A model generated the notes under the pieces. That model was given only the letters and a program-made list of their open reading frames with translations, was not told where the DNA came from and did not search any database. The translations under genes were made by a program, and so were the position numbers. Below are positions 23,304-38,324 of a stretch of DNA of 64,000 nucleotides, one piece after another (positions within the stretch are counted from its first letter, which is position 1; every line of letters starts with the position of its first letter). This stretch comes from Octopus vulgaris (Eukaryota). The stretch lies in the NCBI GenBank assembly GCA_951406725.2, contig OX597831.1, positions 69,936,001 to 70,000,000 on the forward strand. The letters are read 5' to 3'.

Positions 23304-24898
23304 ATGGAAAATGTTGGAGTCAACAAGGAGTACGGTTGGACATTTATTTGCAATCCTTACTATTGTTTCTGTGTTACGTGGTTCTTCAGGCTTGCAGGTA
23401 CTTGGTTATGCAACTGTTTCCTTGCATTATGAGATCTAGTTGTGTTTCCTCAGGTGATATATAAATTATTGTCGATGTAAATTCAAATTCTTAGCTTCAA
23501 GAGCATCCAATCTGTCTGTTGTAGCTTGGAGTTAGTAGTAGCCACTGAGTATATCAAGAGATGTGTTGTAGCCGAAGGTCCATTGGCAAACTGCTTTAAA
23601 TGTGTGGATGTAGTGAGATGATGATTTTGCTACTGTTAAAGTGACTGTCGTTTTAAGGGATTGGCTTTTGATTTCTTTGTACTGTTGATTTGTTCTTCAT
23701 GACTGTTACACATGTGGTTGGCCTTGGTTGATCTTTAAAAACATGCCCATACAAATCCATATACATACTCATGCTTGGACACACACAGTCACACACATGC
23801 AGATACACAGACAAACACATACACATATATACACATATGCATATGAAAATACATACATAGACACATGCACGTGTATACATATGTAGATGCAAGCACACCT
23901 ATAATTATATATATATAGATACATTCATCCATGCATACAAAATACTCATGCAGACACGCATATATACTTTTATATATATATATATATATATACATAACCC
24001 AAGTATATATACATACATATATATATACACAAACATACATAACCCAAGTATGTATACATACATATATGTACACAAACATACATAGATATTTTTCTATTTC
24101 TCTTAACATGAAACCAATGGTAGCCTTGATAAACAAATAAAGAAATATATATATGTTTATATATATATATATATACTCACACACACATGTCCACTTTCTG
24201 TTGTAGCCTGATGGATGTTTGAAAAGATCCAACTGATCAACTGACTATGTCTTGCTGCAGTGAACCAGTTTGGGCTTGGTTTCCACAGCTGGTTGCTCTT
24301 CCAAATGCTTATCACTCTACTGAGGATACAGCTGCATTTTTCATGGCACCAGCACCACTGATGTCACCTTTTAACTCACATGCCCAAAGAGTTCCATCAA
24401 CTGAGAGGGAGATGACGAGGTGGAGTGGTCACTTTATGTTGAGAGGTTAAAGTATGATGAGAGCAGCCAGAACAAGTTTCTTGTTGGGGCAGATTTTATA
24501 TTAGTGGAAGGGGTAGTATATAATCACATATCGAGCAAAATCATTTTTATAGGTTTCTGTGGTTTTATGTATGAATGTGAATTATTTTCTTTTAGGTTTT
24601 TCCAATTTTGAATAACAAAGTACATATTATAGCAACTGAACAAATTCTTTCTTTTGACATCCCTCATGGTTTCTATTCAGTAAAATATGATTGTAGACAT
24701 TTTTGCATCTCATCGTGAATATATGAAAATCTGTCAAATTTTTCAGCTGTCACTTTCAAAAGAAAATCTCAAGAGAAAGTAAGTTTTCAATGTGCACATG
24801 TGTGTGTCTGTATAGTTTTCTGTCTATTTATATGTGTTATACAGTGTGTATGTGTGTGAGGGGAGTGTACTTGTGTGCATGTGTGTATGTGTGTAAAG

Positions 24899-24929
<31 letters not shown>

Positions 24930-25499
24930 ATATGCAATGCATGTGAATGAAACTAAATTCAGTTCTATTTAAATAATTCTGCAATGAAATTCCTAAACTG
25001 TCACATTTATTGCTAGAATATTACTTATATTCAAAAGCATCTTATAAAATATTTTAAGACATGTATAATTAACAAATAGAAGTTTAATAGAAGTGCTTCT
25101 TTTAAGAATTATGTAATAAACTCATTCTTTTCTGATATCACTGTTAAAACTTGTCTAATATATATATATTTATTCTTTCTTTCTATGAGTAGGAAGTTGA
25201 CAGTTTCGTTTATAATTAGGTGTTTGTCAAATTTCCCTGGTCTTTTTATTTTCTATGATGCCAACAAGAGAGGAAAGGACAAGAATTGTTTAAGTACCAT
25301 TGAATGGATCCTGAGCTAAGTCCACAATCCGTTTCTAATTCCTGGTTGTTGCAGCTATCTTACTTTCCTTTCATTGCAAATGTCTATCCAGAAAGCATAA
25401 TCCTTACAGCATCCTGTTTTTTTCTCTCCCCCAGCTCATAAAGTCAATAGAGGTAATTACTGATAAATAAAGATAGTCATTAGAATTTATAGGTATAAT

Positions 25500-25720
25500 A
25501 CCAATTTCTTTACTACCCACAAGGGGCTAAACACAGAGGGGACAAACAAGGACAGGCAAACGGATTAAGTCGATTACATCGACCCCAGTGCATAACTGGT
25601 GCTTAATTTATCGACCCCGAAAGGATGAAAGGCAAAGTCGACCTTGGCAGAACTCAGAACGTAATGTCAGACGAAATACGGCTATGCATTTCACCCTGCA
25701 GGATAACGTTTCTGCCAGCT
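25500..25720 (-). mobile_element. SINE family B
   Basis: High identity to 10085-10314. Confidence 0.85.
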
Positions 25721-25954
25721 CAGTTCAGCAAGAACACATTGGGAATAAAGTGATGTAATAAATTGTGCTGTGAAATAAATTAAAAACTATCTTTTGAAGC
25801 AATACATTTCATCAGAGCATTGAAATATTAGTATTTACTTCCTCTTATCGTAGTACAACAAAAACTTCATCAACTTTTATTCATATATAAGTTTTATTAA
25901 GAATAAGAAAATATGCAATAGATTTGCAGAAATTTATTTCATGAAGCCTGTCTA

Positions 25955-26050
25955 TATGAAGTTGGCTGAAAAGTTTATAGGCTGACTAAGATATTTTCAT
26001 GGGACGTTACCGAATGAGGTTTATTTTTAAATATAGTCCTCCTTTCAGTT
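25955..26050. mobile_element. Solo mariner terminal fragment
   Basis: tgaagttggctgaaaagtttataggctgac matches the end of the mariner at 56218. Confidence 0.6.
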
Positions 26051-27609
26051 TGTAGTACCTCTTGGTACCTCTGAATATAGTTTTCTACATTACCTCTGTT
26101 CAGCCACTTTTCAGAAATAAATACCACATCTTCTGGAACTGTTATTGGTAATAGACTAGCATTATGTCTTGCAGAAAATTTCTCTCACAACTTAACCAGA
26201 ATTTAACTGCAGACTTTTTGAGTTTCATTATTTAAAAAAAAAATTATTTATTATTTAACAATTTATTCAACCCATCAGTGAAATATAAAATGTTTATCAA
26301 CTTTTACAGTTTATCACATAACCTTTTGTCAGCCTTACTACTTCAACAATTAAATAGAAACAGGAGCTTTATTTATTTAATTAAACTTTATGACCCAATG
26401 AAGACAATTAGATTTTGAAGATGCAATTTCTCTTTTAATAGAACAATTTTTTTTTGTTACATATATATAGGAGTATTACTTTATGGTTTTAATTTAATTT
26501 ATTTTTGATAAAATGTGTCATTGAGAATAACAACACTAGTTGATTTATTATGATTTTTAAACTTTTAGAAACAAAGTTTTTGAAAACTGCGAGTCACTAA
26601 AAATATCAACTGCTGCAGTCGTTTAAACTGTGTTATCAGGTTAGAATGCACATTCTCAGGTGAAGGTTTATCTGAAAACATAAGTTGCCATTCCAATTTC
26701 ACTGGTGATAATTGGCAAGTAGTACATAGAAGTATACATCCAGTTCTACACATATTCTAACAAGTATCTAACTGTGTACATTCTCTAATAAGTATCTAAC
26801 GTTGTAATTGTGCTTGATATTGATATGAAAAACTAAATTAGAATAAAATATTTTATATATGCCACCTAAAATCAATTTTGAATATTGAAGCTAGTCATTA
26901 TAATGTAAAATCTAATATTCAGACAAAATCTTTATTGAATTGCTATGACTAATATCTAATATCTAGCTGAAACAAGGTCACAACGTATAATATCTCTTAA
27001 TGCAGATAGATGACATTTTGGTGAATCAAAGATAGAACAAACATTGACAACAAATGATGTACACCAACCCATCAATTTTTAAAAATTGTTGATTATAATT
27101 ACAGGGCTTGATTATAACTAATGTAGGATAAAATTTTTTCGAAAAAAGATTCTTTTCCAAAAAAATGTTATCAATGGCCAGCATATTAAAAAATACCTTT
27201 AAAGGTTAAGATTATAAACAATTCATAAATAAGGGCAAACGAAAAAATTTCTAATGCCAAATATGCCGAAAAATATTTGCCCTTATTTATGAATGGGCTT
27301 GATTATAAGGTAGAATATGCTCTGTGATTACATAATGAGAATGCCAATGAAGATTACAGTCTCATATAATGCATTATCATCTGTTTTATATTTGCTTCTT
27401 CATTCTGGCATGGGTTAGATGAATCATCACAGTTCAAGGCAATGAGTAGGGAACGTTCCATGCGTATGTTCAATTTTTGCATTGGCTGCTTCAAATAGAT
27501 GACTTTCTAAGCACTAACCGCTTTGCAGAGATTTGTTTTGACTGTTCAATGGCACCAGAGTTGTCTCATGCCATGCAAAGCTAAAAAATACCCCCTTTTC
27601 TCTGAGCTC

Positions 27610-28025
27610 ACTTTTACTCTTTTACTTGTTTCAGTCATTTGACTGCGGCCATGCTGGAGCACCGCCTTTAGTCGAGCAAATCGACCCCAGGACTTATTCA
27701 TTGTAAGCCCAGTACTTATTCTATCGGGCTCTTTTACCGAACTGCTAAGTTACGAGGACGTAAACACATCAGCATCGGTTGTCAAGCGATATTGGGGGGA
27801 CAAACACACACACACAAACACACACACACAAACATGTAGTCACACACACACATAAATATAAATATATATATATACGATGGGCTTTTTTCAGTTTCCGTCT
27901 ACCAAGTCCACTCACAAGGCATTGGTCGGCCCGAGGCAATAGTAGAAGGCAACTTGCCCAAGGTGCCACGCAGTGGGACTGAACACGGAACCATGTAGCT
28001 CGCAACTTACCACACAGCTACTCCT
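27610..28025 (-). mobile_element. SINE family A
   Basis: Full-length match to 11571-12008. Confidence 0.9.
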
Positions 28026-28591
28026 TTGCTTTCATTTCTTTAATTTCCACTGAACTGAGTGGGAGGATAACCATTGTGAGATGAAAGAAAAGACTGTAAC
28101 AGAAGGGAACCTGGAGTGATAGGTATGTAATGCCATAAGAGTTGAAAGTGGTGGACAGTTTACAAGATGATTGGTGATTGAACAGAAGCTAGTAAACGAA
28201 GCCGGTGAGTGAAAAGATGCTAAAAGAGGAAGAAAGGAAGAAGAGGGCAATAGAGAAAGAGAGAGAAAAAGTGAGAGAGTAAGTGTGTTTGTGTGTGTGT
28301 GTGTGTCACACGAGGGTTGTAAGTAAAGGGATTAGATAGAAACAGAATGTATTGTGTAATGTGAAGACGGCAATATGAGAGAGCCAGGTTAACGGACGTG
28401 AGAGAGAATGATGTGAGAAAAAAGAGTGATGGCTGTCAGCAATGTTAGAAGGAGTAATATGTAAGCATAAGAATGATTAATAGTTAAAAAGGAAGAAGGT
28501 ATGGGAATGTTTAAGAATGAGGGTGAGAAAGAATAATGGCTAGTAAAAACAAAGTATGACAGTATACTGGTGGTATTGATCTAATATCAGT

Positions 28592-29001
28592 TTACTCTCT
28601 CTTTTACTTGTTTCAGTCATTTGACTGTGGTCATACTTGAGCACCGCCTTTAGTCGAGCAAATCGACCCCAGGACTTATTCTTTGTAAGCCTAGTACTTA
28701 TTTTATCGGTCTCTTTTTTGCCGAACCACTAAGTTACGGGGACGTAAACACACCAGCATCGGTTGTCAAGCGATGTTGGGAGGGACAAACACAGACACAC
28801 AAACACACACAAACATATACATATATATACATATATACGACGGGTTTCTTTCAGTTTCCGCCTACCAAATCCACTCACAAGGCTTTGGTCGGCCCGAGGC
28901 TATAGTAGAAGACACTTGACCAACATGCCATGCATTGAGACTGAACCTTGAACCATGTAGTTGGTTAGCAAGCTACTTACCACACAGCCACTCCTGCGCC
29001 T
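28592..29001 (-). mobile_element. SINE family A
   Basis: Full-length match. Confidence 0.9.
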
Positions 29002-29159
29002 ATAATTCTATCATTCTGCATATCATTCTACAGCACTTCTTGCATATCCATTGTTTTGTATAGCCATTGTTTCCACAGAGTAAAAATGTATGGAATTTAT
29101 ATCCATTCTATTTCTGTATTATGAACATGGCCACTTCTCTGGTTGTGAAAGAAGTTCTG

Positions 29160-29520
29160 ATTTGTTTTTGTTTTTTACCTTCTGACTGAAACTTTGACTC
29201 TGCTGTTTGCTTTAAAGCCTCTCAATTTTAGGTTTCGTTTTTGTGTATAGAATTTCTACTTTAAACTTTCAATAGATGAGATGCAGCTATGAGAATAAGG
29301 TCATCAGCCTACTAGGATTTTCATGGATATTTAGTTTTAAACTCCTCTGTTTAAGGCTTCCACGAGAAAAACAGTAATAAACAGAAGAGGATTAAGAACT
29401 GGTTCATGACTGATACCGACCTGTGCATTAAATTTCCCACTGAACACTTTGCCAACATTCACCTTGTTAACGGCAGCTCCCTGCATGATTTTTCTAAACA
29501 AATGTGTCTTGCTAGAGTTC
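29160..29520 (-). mobile_element. Old RTE RT fragment
   Basis: KVNVGKVFSGKFNAQVGISHEPVLNPLLFITV plus an ADDLILIA-like segment, homologous to 6487-6720. Confidence 0.65.
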
Positions 29521-29539
29521 ATAGCTAGTACTAGACTAT

Positions 29540-29956
29540 ACTCTTACTCTCTTTTTACTCTTTTACTTGTTTCAGTCATTTGACTGCGGCCATGCTGGAG
29601 CACCGCCTTTAATCGAGCAACTCGACCCCGGGACTTATTCTTTTGTAAGCCTAGTACTTATTCTATCGGTCTCTTTTGCCGAACCGCTAAGTAACGGGGA
29701 CATAAACACACCAGCATCGGTTGTCAAGCAATGCTAGGGGGACAAACACACTCACACAAACACACACACGCATATATATATATACATATATACGATGGGC
29801 TTCTTTCAGTTTCCGTCCACCAAATCCACTCACAAGGCTTTGGTCGGCTTGAGGCTATAGTAGAAAACACTTGTCCAAGGTGCCACGCAGTGGGACTGAA
29901 CCCGGAACCATGTGGTTGGTAAACAAGCTACTTACCACACAGCCACTCCTGCGCCT
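29540..29956 (-). mobile_element. SINE family A
   Basis: Full-length match. Confidence 0.9.
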
Positions 29957-30874
29957 ATAGAGTATGAATTCTGACAAAAACCTTCCTAGAATGACAAATT
30001 CTTTGACAGAATGGTTTACTCCTAAGTACTTCCCCTGTAGTAGTCACATTAGGAGGATTGTATGAACCTTGTCCTAAAATATTCCCCAACTACATCTCAT
30101 TTAAGCTAATTCTCTTTCTAATTACATTTAAGTATTTGTTTTGCAAGATTCTAGATGTGAAATTGTGTGTTGAAACAACTATTGTTATGCTTGGGGTTGC
30201 TCATATTTTGTCAATGAAACACACACTGTATATTTGATCTTCACTCTTAGTTTTATCTTTTTACTTTAGTTTATTTTCCGTCAAAGTTCTTTTGTCCCAT
30301 ATTCTGTGACCTCTTCAGCAACTCTTTGTCCCCTGTGTCTTCACGGGTTATTCCTCTGTTGGACTTACTTAGGATAGGTCCTCTCTTTTCTATGATGGAT
30401 TCTACTACAGGAACTGATAGTGGGTGCAATGACACACTAGCGAGAAACTATCAATATTTATTTTCTGTCTCTTTAGATAAATGCATTTAAGTATTAATGT
30501 CATTCAAACAAATAAATAAACATTTTCATATGGTATTATTCAAAATATATCCATCAAGACGTGATCGATTCATTTTTAATAATTACTAGTACTGAAATAA
30601 AAAAAAAGGTAAACCAAAATGTGCAAATTTTCTATCATAATACAATGGTGTCAGTTGATTTCTAGATGGTCAATGACCCTAAGTAGTCAGTCCTATGACT
30701 GTATTGATTTAGCTTTGCAAATATCTCATACATGCTGAAAATCTTGCTAAAATTCAATGTTCAAAAAGACATCCAGCAACAAGGCTCTTTGCATTGTTAG
30801 TCATTTATTCATTTGCTTGTCTTTCATTCATTCCTATGTTTCCTCGTTATAATTATTTGTTTGCTTATCACATA

Positions 30875-31143
30875 CTAGCAGTATCGCCTGGCGTTGCTCG
30901 GGTTTGTAAGGGAAATAACTATATAAGCATTTTTAGAGATGTAAAGTATAATAGCCATCTCAATATGGCTAACCACAAAGGGGGGTGTTACTGTAGCTTT
31001 TTACGTTCTGAGATTTAATAATAAATTTTTAGAGAGTTACTTCCCTTATATATGCCAAAAATGCATTAAAAATGGGAAAAATTGATGGTAAATCTTTTTT
31101 AAAATCGTAGACTCATCGTAGACGCACGCTAATACCCAGAAGG
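30875..31143 (-). mobile_element. Non-autonomous Helitron, 5'-truncated
   Basis: Reverse complement of the 3' ~270 bp of 20906-21301, including hairpin and CTAG. Confidence 0.85.
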
Positions 31144-31545
31144 AGGATTTCTGAAACCACAAGCTACAAAAACGGAGTCAGGAAAGTATAATAACAGATT
31201 CTGAAATCCTGCAAAACCTATGCAAGCACCACTCACTCTCCAGCCTGTCAAACAAGAAGAAAATCCAACCTTAAGTGCATTAGAGCAATGAACATCTACC
31301 TAGCATCAGACAATGGAGAAGTCTATATTAGTAATGACAGTGAATACAATGATGCACCTCTGTCCCATAGTGTGAAATCTATATCCAGTGTTGTAGGAGC
31401 TTGTAGACAAAGTGGAGAACTGGTGCAATGAGTTGTTAAGGAGAATATCTAAAATTCTGTAGCTCAATGTGCATACACAAAAGTTTTATAGCACATTGAT
31501 CTGCTGTTCTTTTGCTTTATTGCCTCATCAATGTCAAAAAGATAC

Positions 31546-31961
31546 CTCTTTTACTCTTTTACATGTTTCAGTCATTTGATTGCGGCCATGCTGGAGCACC
31601 GCTTTTAGTCGAGCAAATCGACCCCGGGACTTATTCTTTGTAAGCCCAGTACTTATTCTATCGGTCTCTTTTGCCGAACCGCTAAGTGACGGGGATGTAA
31701 ACATACCAGCATTGGTTGTCAAGCAATGCTAGGGGTACAAACACAGACACACAAACACATACACATACATACATATACATATGTATATATATATATATAT
31801 ACGACAGGCTTCTTTCAGTTTCCGTCTACCAAATCCACTCACAAGGCATTGGTCGGCCCGGGGCTATAGCAGAAGACACTTGCCCAAGATGCCCCGCAGT
31901 GAGACTGAACCCGGAACCATGTGGTTGGTTAGCAAGCTACTTACCACACAGCCACTCTGGC
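31546..31961 (-). mobile_element. SINE family A
   Basis: Full-length match. Confidence 0.9.
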
Positions 31962-33176
31962 GTCTATTCACTAAACCCCATTGCAGAAAATAGAGAACTT
32001 TTCCCATGCTTACTTAAGCCACTCATTTTGTAGATACCAACACACATTGCACTTAGAGGGCAACTATTTCTCTATTTGACATGTACTCCAGTTTACCACC
32101 AAGGGAAATTTATAACCGTTTCAGCAAATCCTGGAACAGCTATCTTCACATGTTCTGCACAGCTGTCATGTTAGTAGCTTAAAAAATCCCACCAACGAGT
32201 AGTCCATCGGTTTTCTGATAGAATCTTAACCTAGTTGTATACCATCTATCCTAACACTGTCTGTTCTAAAGTGTAACACACTGACTACTAAGTGGGAAAT
32301 CACAGTTTGCTACAGATATAAGAAATATGCCTTTTTAGGGATCCACTAATGAGATCGAACCATAAGATTTGACAACACATTCAGTGCCCTAAACAACAAG
32401 TCCAAATAAGAATATCCATGAGGTAATGGCTCCCTCAGCCTGCTAAACTTCTCTAAATTTTTCTGTAATGGGCAAACTAAAACTAAGCTCAATAGTATTT
32501 AAGTAAAGAATATCTCCACACAAGGTCCATTTATATACACAAAACTTGTAGGACTGTGTGGTGATAAATGACCTCACCCATTGCATGGTTACATGTGATG
32601 ATGCTGATGAGGTCTGATCTCTCTCTCTATATATACACACGCACACACACACACACACACGTATATATATATATGAAAAGAAAAAGCAGGATTTAAAAAA
32701 TCCAGGCAGATATCAATAAAGCACACAGTTTTAAACGAATTTGGTTAATTATATCCAGCAATCAGACACCAATGTAAGTAGAATAAACATCCAAGGTAAT
32801 TCCTCATGCATGACAAGTAAATCTAAATATCATTTAGAAGAATTTCAAGAAATTCAGAGTATAAGAGAACAAAAATATGGATAGAGAAAATCACTTCTTT
32901 AATTGTTGAATTCACTCCTCAGTGCCAATGATCGTTTCTGTTGTATCAACATATTTAGATACAGAAAATATAATTCAAATTAATAATTCCCAAAATACAT
33001 GTTAACTCATTTTCAAAGCAATCCATCAAAAATGAATGTTGGGATTTTATGATAAATTCAACAAATAAAGATGTGATTTTCTCTATCTGTATTTTTGTTA
33101 CACACACACACACACATGCATGCATGCATGCACGCACACACACACACACACACGCACACAAACACACACACATATA

Positions 33177-34150
33177 TATCGGGTCATCCCATAAATAATG
33201 TGTTTTTTTTTCAGTTGCATGAACTAAAAGTGGGAGGGGGACTGGATAAACTACCTGCATTAACTTTCTCTAAAAGCAGGTAGTAATTTTACCTTGTCCT
33301 TATTCTTAGTGCTAGTTTTTAAGAATGCAGTTCAATTCTAACAGCTATTTTTTCAAACTCTAAATGGAAGTGACAAAGGAGAATAAAGGCAACAACGCTA
33401 TGTAAAGTAGGAGGAATATTTAAACAGTAAATGGGATTGGACAATAAACGTGAGCTAGTGTCAATGGTGGTTCCAGAAATTCCGAGCTGGAAACTACAGT
33501 TTAGAAAATGAGTCTCATCATGAAAGATAGCTTGACTAGGACATGCTGCAAACCCTGGTGGAACAAAATCCCCTCATAACTGTTGAGGAATTAGCAGAGA
33601 TGCTTCGATTTGGTCATTCAACATTCATCAACACCCAATTGCCATCGGAAAAATTAAGCAAATTGAGTCAATTGGTTCCTCACAAACTTTCCAAGTCTAA
33701 TTACGTGCAAGAATGAATTTGTGTTCTTCTTTACTGTCACATCTCACAATGAACCTTTTTTGGACTGAATAGTGAATAGTGACAAGAAATAGGTTCTCTA
33801 TAAAAATGTCAAGTGCTGAAGGCAGTGGGTATTGAAAGGAAAAATACTGGCAACCCAGGCTAAAGAAGGTCTTCACCCACGTAAAGTGTTGTTATCTGTT
33901 TGGTGGCATATGAAAGGTTTAGTCCACTTTGAACTTTAAGACCCAAACCAAACAATAACAAAGGAGATCTACCGCAAGCAGCTTGAGTAACTCAAATCAG
34001 CACTAGAAGAAAAACGACCATCTCTGGTTTTAAGACAAAAAGTGTTCTTCCATCAGGATAATGTTTGGCTACATACAGCGAGGATGACATTCTAAAGGCT
34101 GGAGCAGTTTGAATGAAAAACGATGTCCCACCCACCATTTTCGCCATATT
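33177..34150 (+). mobile_element. Mariner (Mos1-like) transposon remnant
   Basis: TA+tcgggtcatcccataaataatg terminus; WVPHKLS, GLHPRKVLLSVWW, HQDN and HPPFSP motifs with stops. Confidence 0.85.
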
Positions 34151-34164
34151 CTTTGCATTGATGA

Positions 34165-34394
34165 GCCTTACTTTGAGATGCAGAGTCACGCTGCATAAAG
34201 AACAGATTCGGTTTCATCAATACAGCCAGATAGCTCTGAGCGAACATATCGACAGATGTGCAAGAAACAAAATGCCAAATTTCCGTATCTTCCCATTATA
34301 CCAATGCAAAGATTCAATCTCCTTACAAGAACGCCTAAATAAGGAAAACCTGTTCATGCAAAAGTACAGACCACACCTTAATATACAAACTTGA
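34165..34394 (+). pseudogene. PLE GIY-YIG C-terminal remnant
   Basis: TLRCRVTLHKEQIR..LSEHIDRCA..FRIFPLYQ..RLNKENLFMQKYRPHLN. Confidence 0.65.
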
Positions 34395-34635
34395 CCACTT
34401 CAAAAATTATACTGAGGAGTTAGTTGTCCCCTTTGCCACCTGTTACCTCCCTTGGTCCAATCTCTAGACTCATACTTATTTTTCAAGCATCCAAAATGGT
34501 CAGACCCATTGTCACAAGAATTGATTACTTCACAATGTCCCACGAAATGCTAATTTAAATAGTGAAAACTGGTTGGACATCACTACATCTATAAAATATG
34601 TGTATATTTAAAAAAAAATTTCTTTATAAAGAAAT

Positions 34636-35049
34636 AGGCGCATGAGTGGCTGTGTGGTAAGTAGCTTGCTAAACAACCACATGGTTCCGGGTTCAGTCCC
34701 ACTGCATGGCATCTTGGGCAAGTGTCTTCTGCTATAGCCCCGGGCCGACCAATGCCTTGTGAGTGGATTTGGTAGACGGAAACTGAAAGAAGCCTGTCGT
34801 ATATATGTATATATATATATGTATGTGTGTGTGTTTGTGTGTCTGTGTTTGTCCCCCTAGCATTGCTTGACAACCGATGCTAGTGTGTTTACGTCCCCGT
34901 CACTTAGTGGTTCGGCAAAAGAGACTGATAGAATAAGTACTAGGCTTACAAAGAATAAGTCCCGGGGTCGATTTGCTCGACTAAAGGCGGTGCTCCAGCA
35001 TGGCCGCAGTCAAATGACTGAAACAAGTAAAAGAGAGAGTAAAAGAGAG
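34636..35049 (+). mobile_element. SINE family A
   Basis: Full-length match. Confidence 0.9.
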
Positions 35050-35267
35050 TATAAAAAGATATGTGAAACGAAGGCATTTCTCTTCCACTTTTTATATATG
35101 TTTTCCACATAGTTCCAACTCATAATTTTGCCACCTGGTGTATACTGAATCTCCAGTATTTTTGCTCCTTTTATATATTTTTATATTCCTATATATATAT
35201 GACCACGTGTGTACTGTTGGCGATTAGTTCCTCCGTCTTCCCTTCTTTGGATCTTTCCTTTTCCTAT

Positions 35268-35302
35268 GTTTCTGACGAAGAGCTCCGCTCGAAGTGTTAA
35301 AC
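35268..35302 (+). ncRNA. Degenerate minimal hammerhead
   Basis: gttt-CTGACGA-a-gagc-tcc-gctc-GAAG-tgt-t-aaac; GAAA is mutated. Confidence 0.45.
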
Positions 35303-35666
35303 CCTCCTTCTTTCCTTCTTTCCTTCTTTCCTGAGCGTCCAATAACACTATATTTGTTCCACGTCCTCGCGTTTTTGTATTTTCTCTTTGTGTTTCATGT
35401 TTGGATTAACTATACATATATATATATTAAACACTGTGTCAAAGATTTTTTAATCATTATCATTGTCTGATTAACTAATATTTATTATACATCAATTTTT
35501 CCCTGGAAGTATTTGCAGTATGAAAATTTTTGGCAAAAATTTTTTTGTATTGTTCAATATTCCTTTGTAAAGAATAATAGAGTAGATGGCAAATGTTATG
35601 AAAAATGGTGAACAGAACAAGTTAGCTGATTTGACAGGTGAACTTTCATTCTTATTATGATTACCA

Positions 35667-35710
<44 letters not shown>

Positions 35711-35928
35711 AGAGCGAGAGGGGGAGAGATAGAAAGACGGACATATCTGTGTATGTGTATGTGAATGTACATGAGCATATGTCATCATCATCATCATCAT
35801 TGTGTGTATAAACAAAATCATTAATCTCCCTCTGCCCGGCTAAAGAACCATCTGTTGCCATGTGTTTGATTCCAAGAGTAATGACACTCTGGTATGATAT
35901 CGAACTGATTTCAAAGTTTTTGCTTTCA

Positions 35929-36137
35929 AAATTTGGCACAAGGCCAGCAATTTCAGGTGAGTGGGTAAGTCATTTACATGAACCCCAGTGCTCAACTGGT
36001 ACATATTTCATTGACCCCCAAAAGGATGAAAGGCAAAGTCAACCTCGGTGGAATGTGAACTCTGAACATAAAGACAGACGAAATGTTGCCAAGCATTCTA
36101 CCTAGCAATTCTAAAGATTGTGCTAGCTCACCACCTT
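35929..36137 (-). mobile_element. SINE family B, diverged
   Basis: aaaggatgaaaggcaaagtcaacctcgg motif. Confidence 0.75.
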
Positions 36138-36974
36138 AGGTTTCATAGTTATTAATAATGGAGCATATAGTGAAGTTCAATTATTTTGATATTACATTTT
36201 GTAGAAGAATAAAATTTAGATTTGAGGAATTCCATGTAGAAAATTGGCTAGAATTTCAGCCTGTAAACATTTTAATGATTGCCATCTGGTATCTGTAACA
36301 GGAATCAATACTCCTACATATGTAGTTTCTTTTCTTTTTTTTTTTATTCTATAAATATATGACCTTCAGGAAATTTGTTTTCATGTTGTGACAGTTTCTA
36401 AATTCAGAATGGATAGAACTACCCCACCCTTCTCTTTTTGCTTTAATGGAGTATTTTCAAAATTTTTATTATTACTTTTAGTGAGCCCAAATTCATAAAT
36501 TACAAAAGCTTTCTTTCTATAACTTGTATGTTTAGAAGGCTTATAGGATATTTTATTTCACATTAAATTTCTCTGTATAATAACCATTTTATATATTCCA
36601 CTTCCAATTATTGGGAAATGTTTGGCACATAGAACAGTTCCTTTATATTTCCCTTAATGAATCTGCTGTTTATTTTCATGTTATAAAGAATCAGACATGC
36701 TTCTTTCTTTTTATTCCATCTTCATATATGTCGTATCAAAATATATTTGTTAAGTCTAAATCTGTGTGCTGAAATATATTTATGTTATACACATACATAT
36801 ACACGTGTACATATGCATACATATCTCTGCGCATATATATATGTGTGTGTATGTGTGTAACATTCATAAATGTATTATATCTAAATATCTAAATATATAT
36901 ATACATACATACATATATACACATATGCATACATACATACATACATACATTACATACATACATACATATATATG

Positions 36975-37086
<112 letters not shown>

Positions 37087-38324
37087 TGCACATACGTGTG
37101 TGTGTATTAGATTCTTACCTTAGTTGATTATCAGTATAAGATGAATAATAATTTGAAATGTAATCATTAAAGATGCAAGAAAACATCATTACTAAAGGAT
37201 TATCAAAGAAAATGCTAAGAAAATGTTGCAATCATTATAAATATAGAAGTTCCATTCCATGTTCCATATACATAATTCCTATTCATGCTTTTACAATATT
37301 GAAATCCAAACAATCCGAAACTATATTTCAATTTATTGAAAACTATTTATGAAGGTTATCAATAATAACTTTGCAAGAAATGTAAATCACTGTCTCTATA
37401 GCCAAGTATATCAATTAATGCTACCTTTATTTAAGTATTGGGAATCCTTCTTTGATCAACAATGATTATTCTGCTCATTATAAAAGTCTTCTTTTGAAAT
37501 ATTGCAAGCAACTGAATCAATAAATTTTGATATTTGGAAAATAAGGCAACTTGAGCAGCATACATTTTTAGTAAGAACAATTCTAGTTGCATTCTTAAAT
37601 GGTTGATGAAGAATATAATTTAATTTGTGGTATGAATAGGGACCACAACTGTATAGATATGTTGTGAAAGTGTAACTCTTACTGTATGACCAACTTGTAA
37701 AGATAGCCTCATTTCTGCAGCCATGGAGTAATGTAGCCATGTAACATATATACATTTTGAATTAGCAATATCAATGAAGTTATTACCAATAAAAGGAATT
37801 TGATATTTTAGCACTTGACAATAATCTTTACATTCAGAGGAAACTAATGGCTATCTGGATTATAAAATATCATATGAGTAGGTGTCCCCATTATAAGACA
37901 TAAAACCTCAGTATATATAACCCAACTAATATCTTGATATAATATTTGTAGTTTGCTTATAAACTTCAGATCAAAAGTGTGGGATCTTCTAGTTAGAGTG
38001 TAAGAGAGATAATTCTGTGGAAAACTTTTCAATTACCACAACATTAGAAGTGAATAAAAATAACTAAATTTTTTTCTTAACTTTTTATTACTGAGATGAA
38101 AAAAGGACAAATCAAGAAAAAGTTAAAATTATATAACGTTGAAAAAATGTATTCAAACAGTCACATAGGAATGTGCTATTTCTTTTTATGGCATCAACAT
38201 GTTACGTATATATGACCTAGTACACTTTAATTTTATTGTTATATGTATATATACACAAACACATATACAGAATAAGTAGCTCAGTACATGAGCATCTATT
38301 ATTATACACACACACATATTTAAT

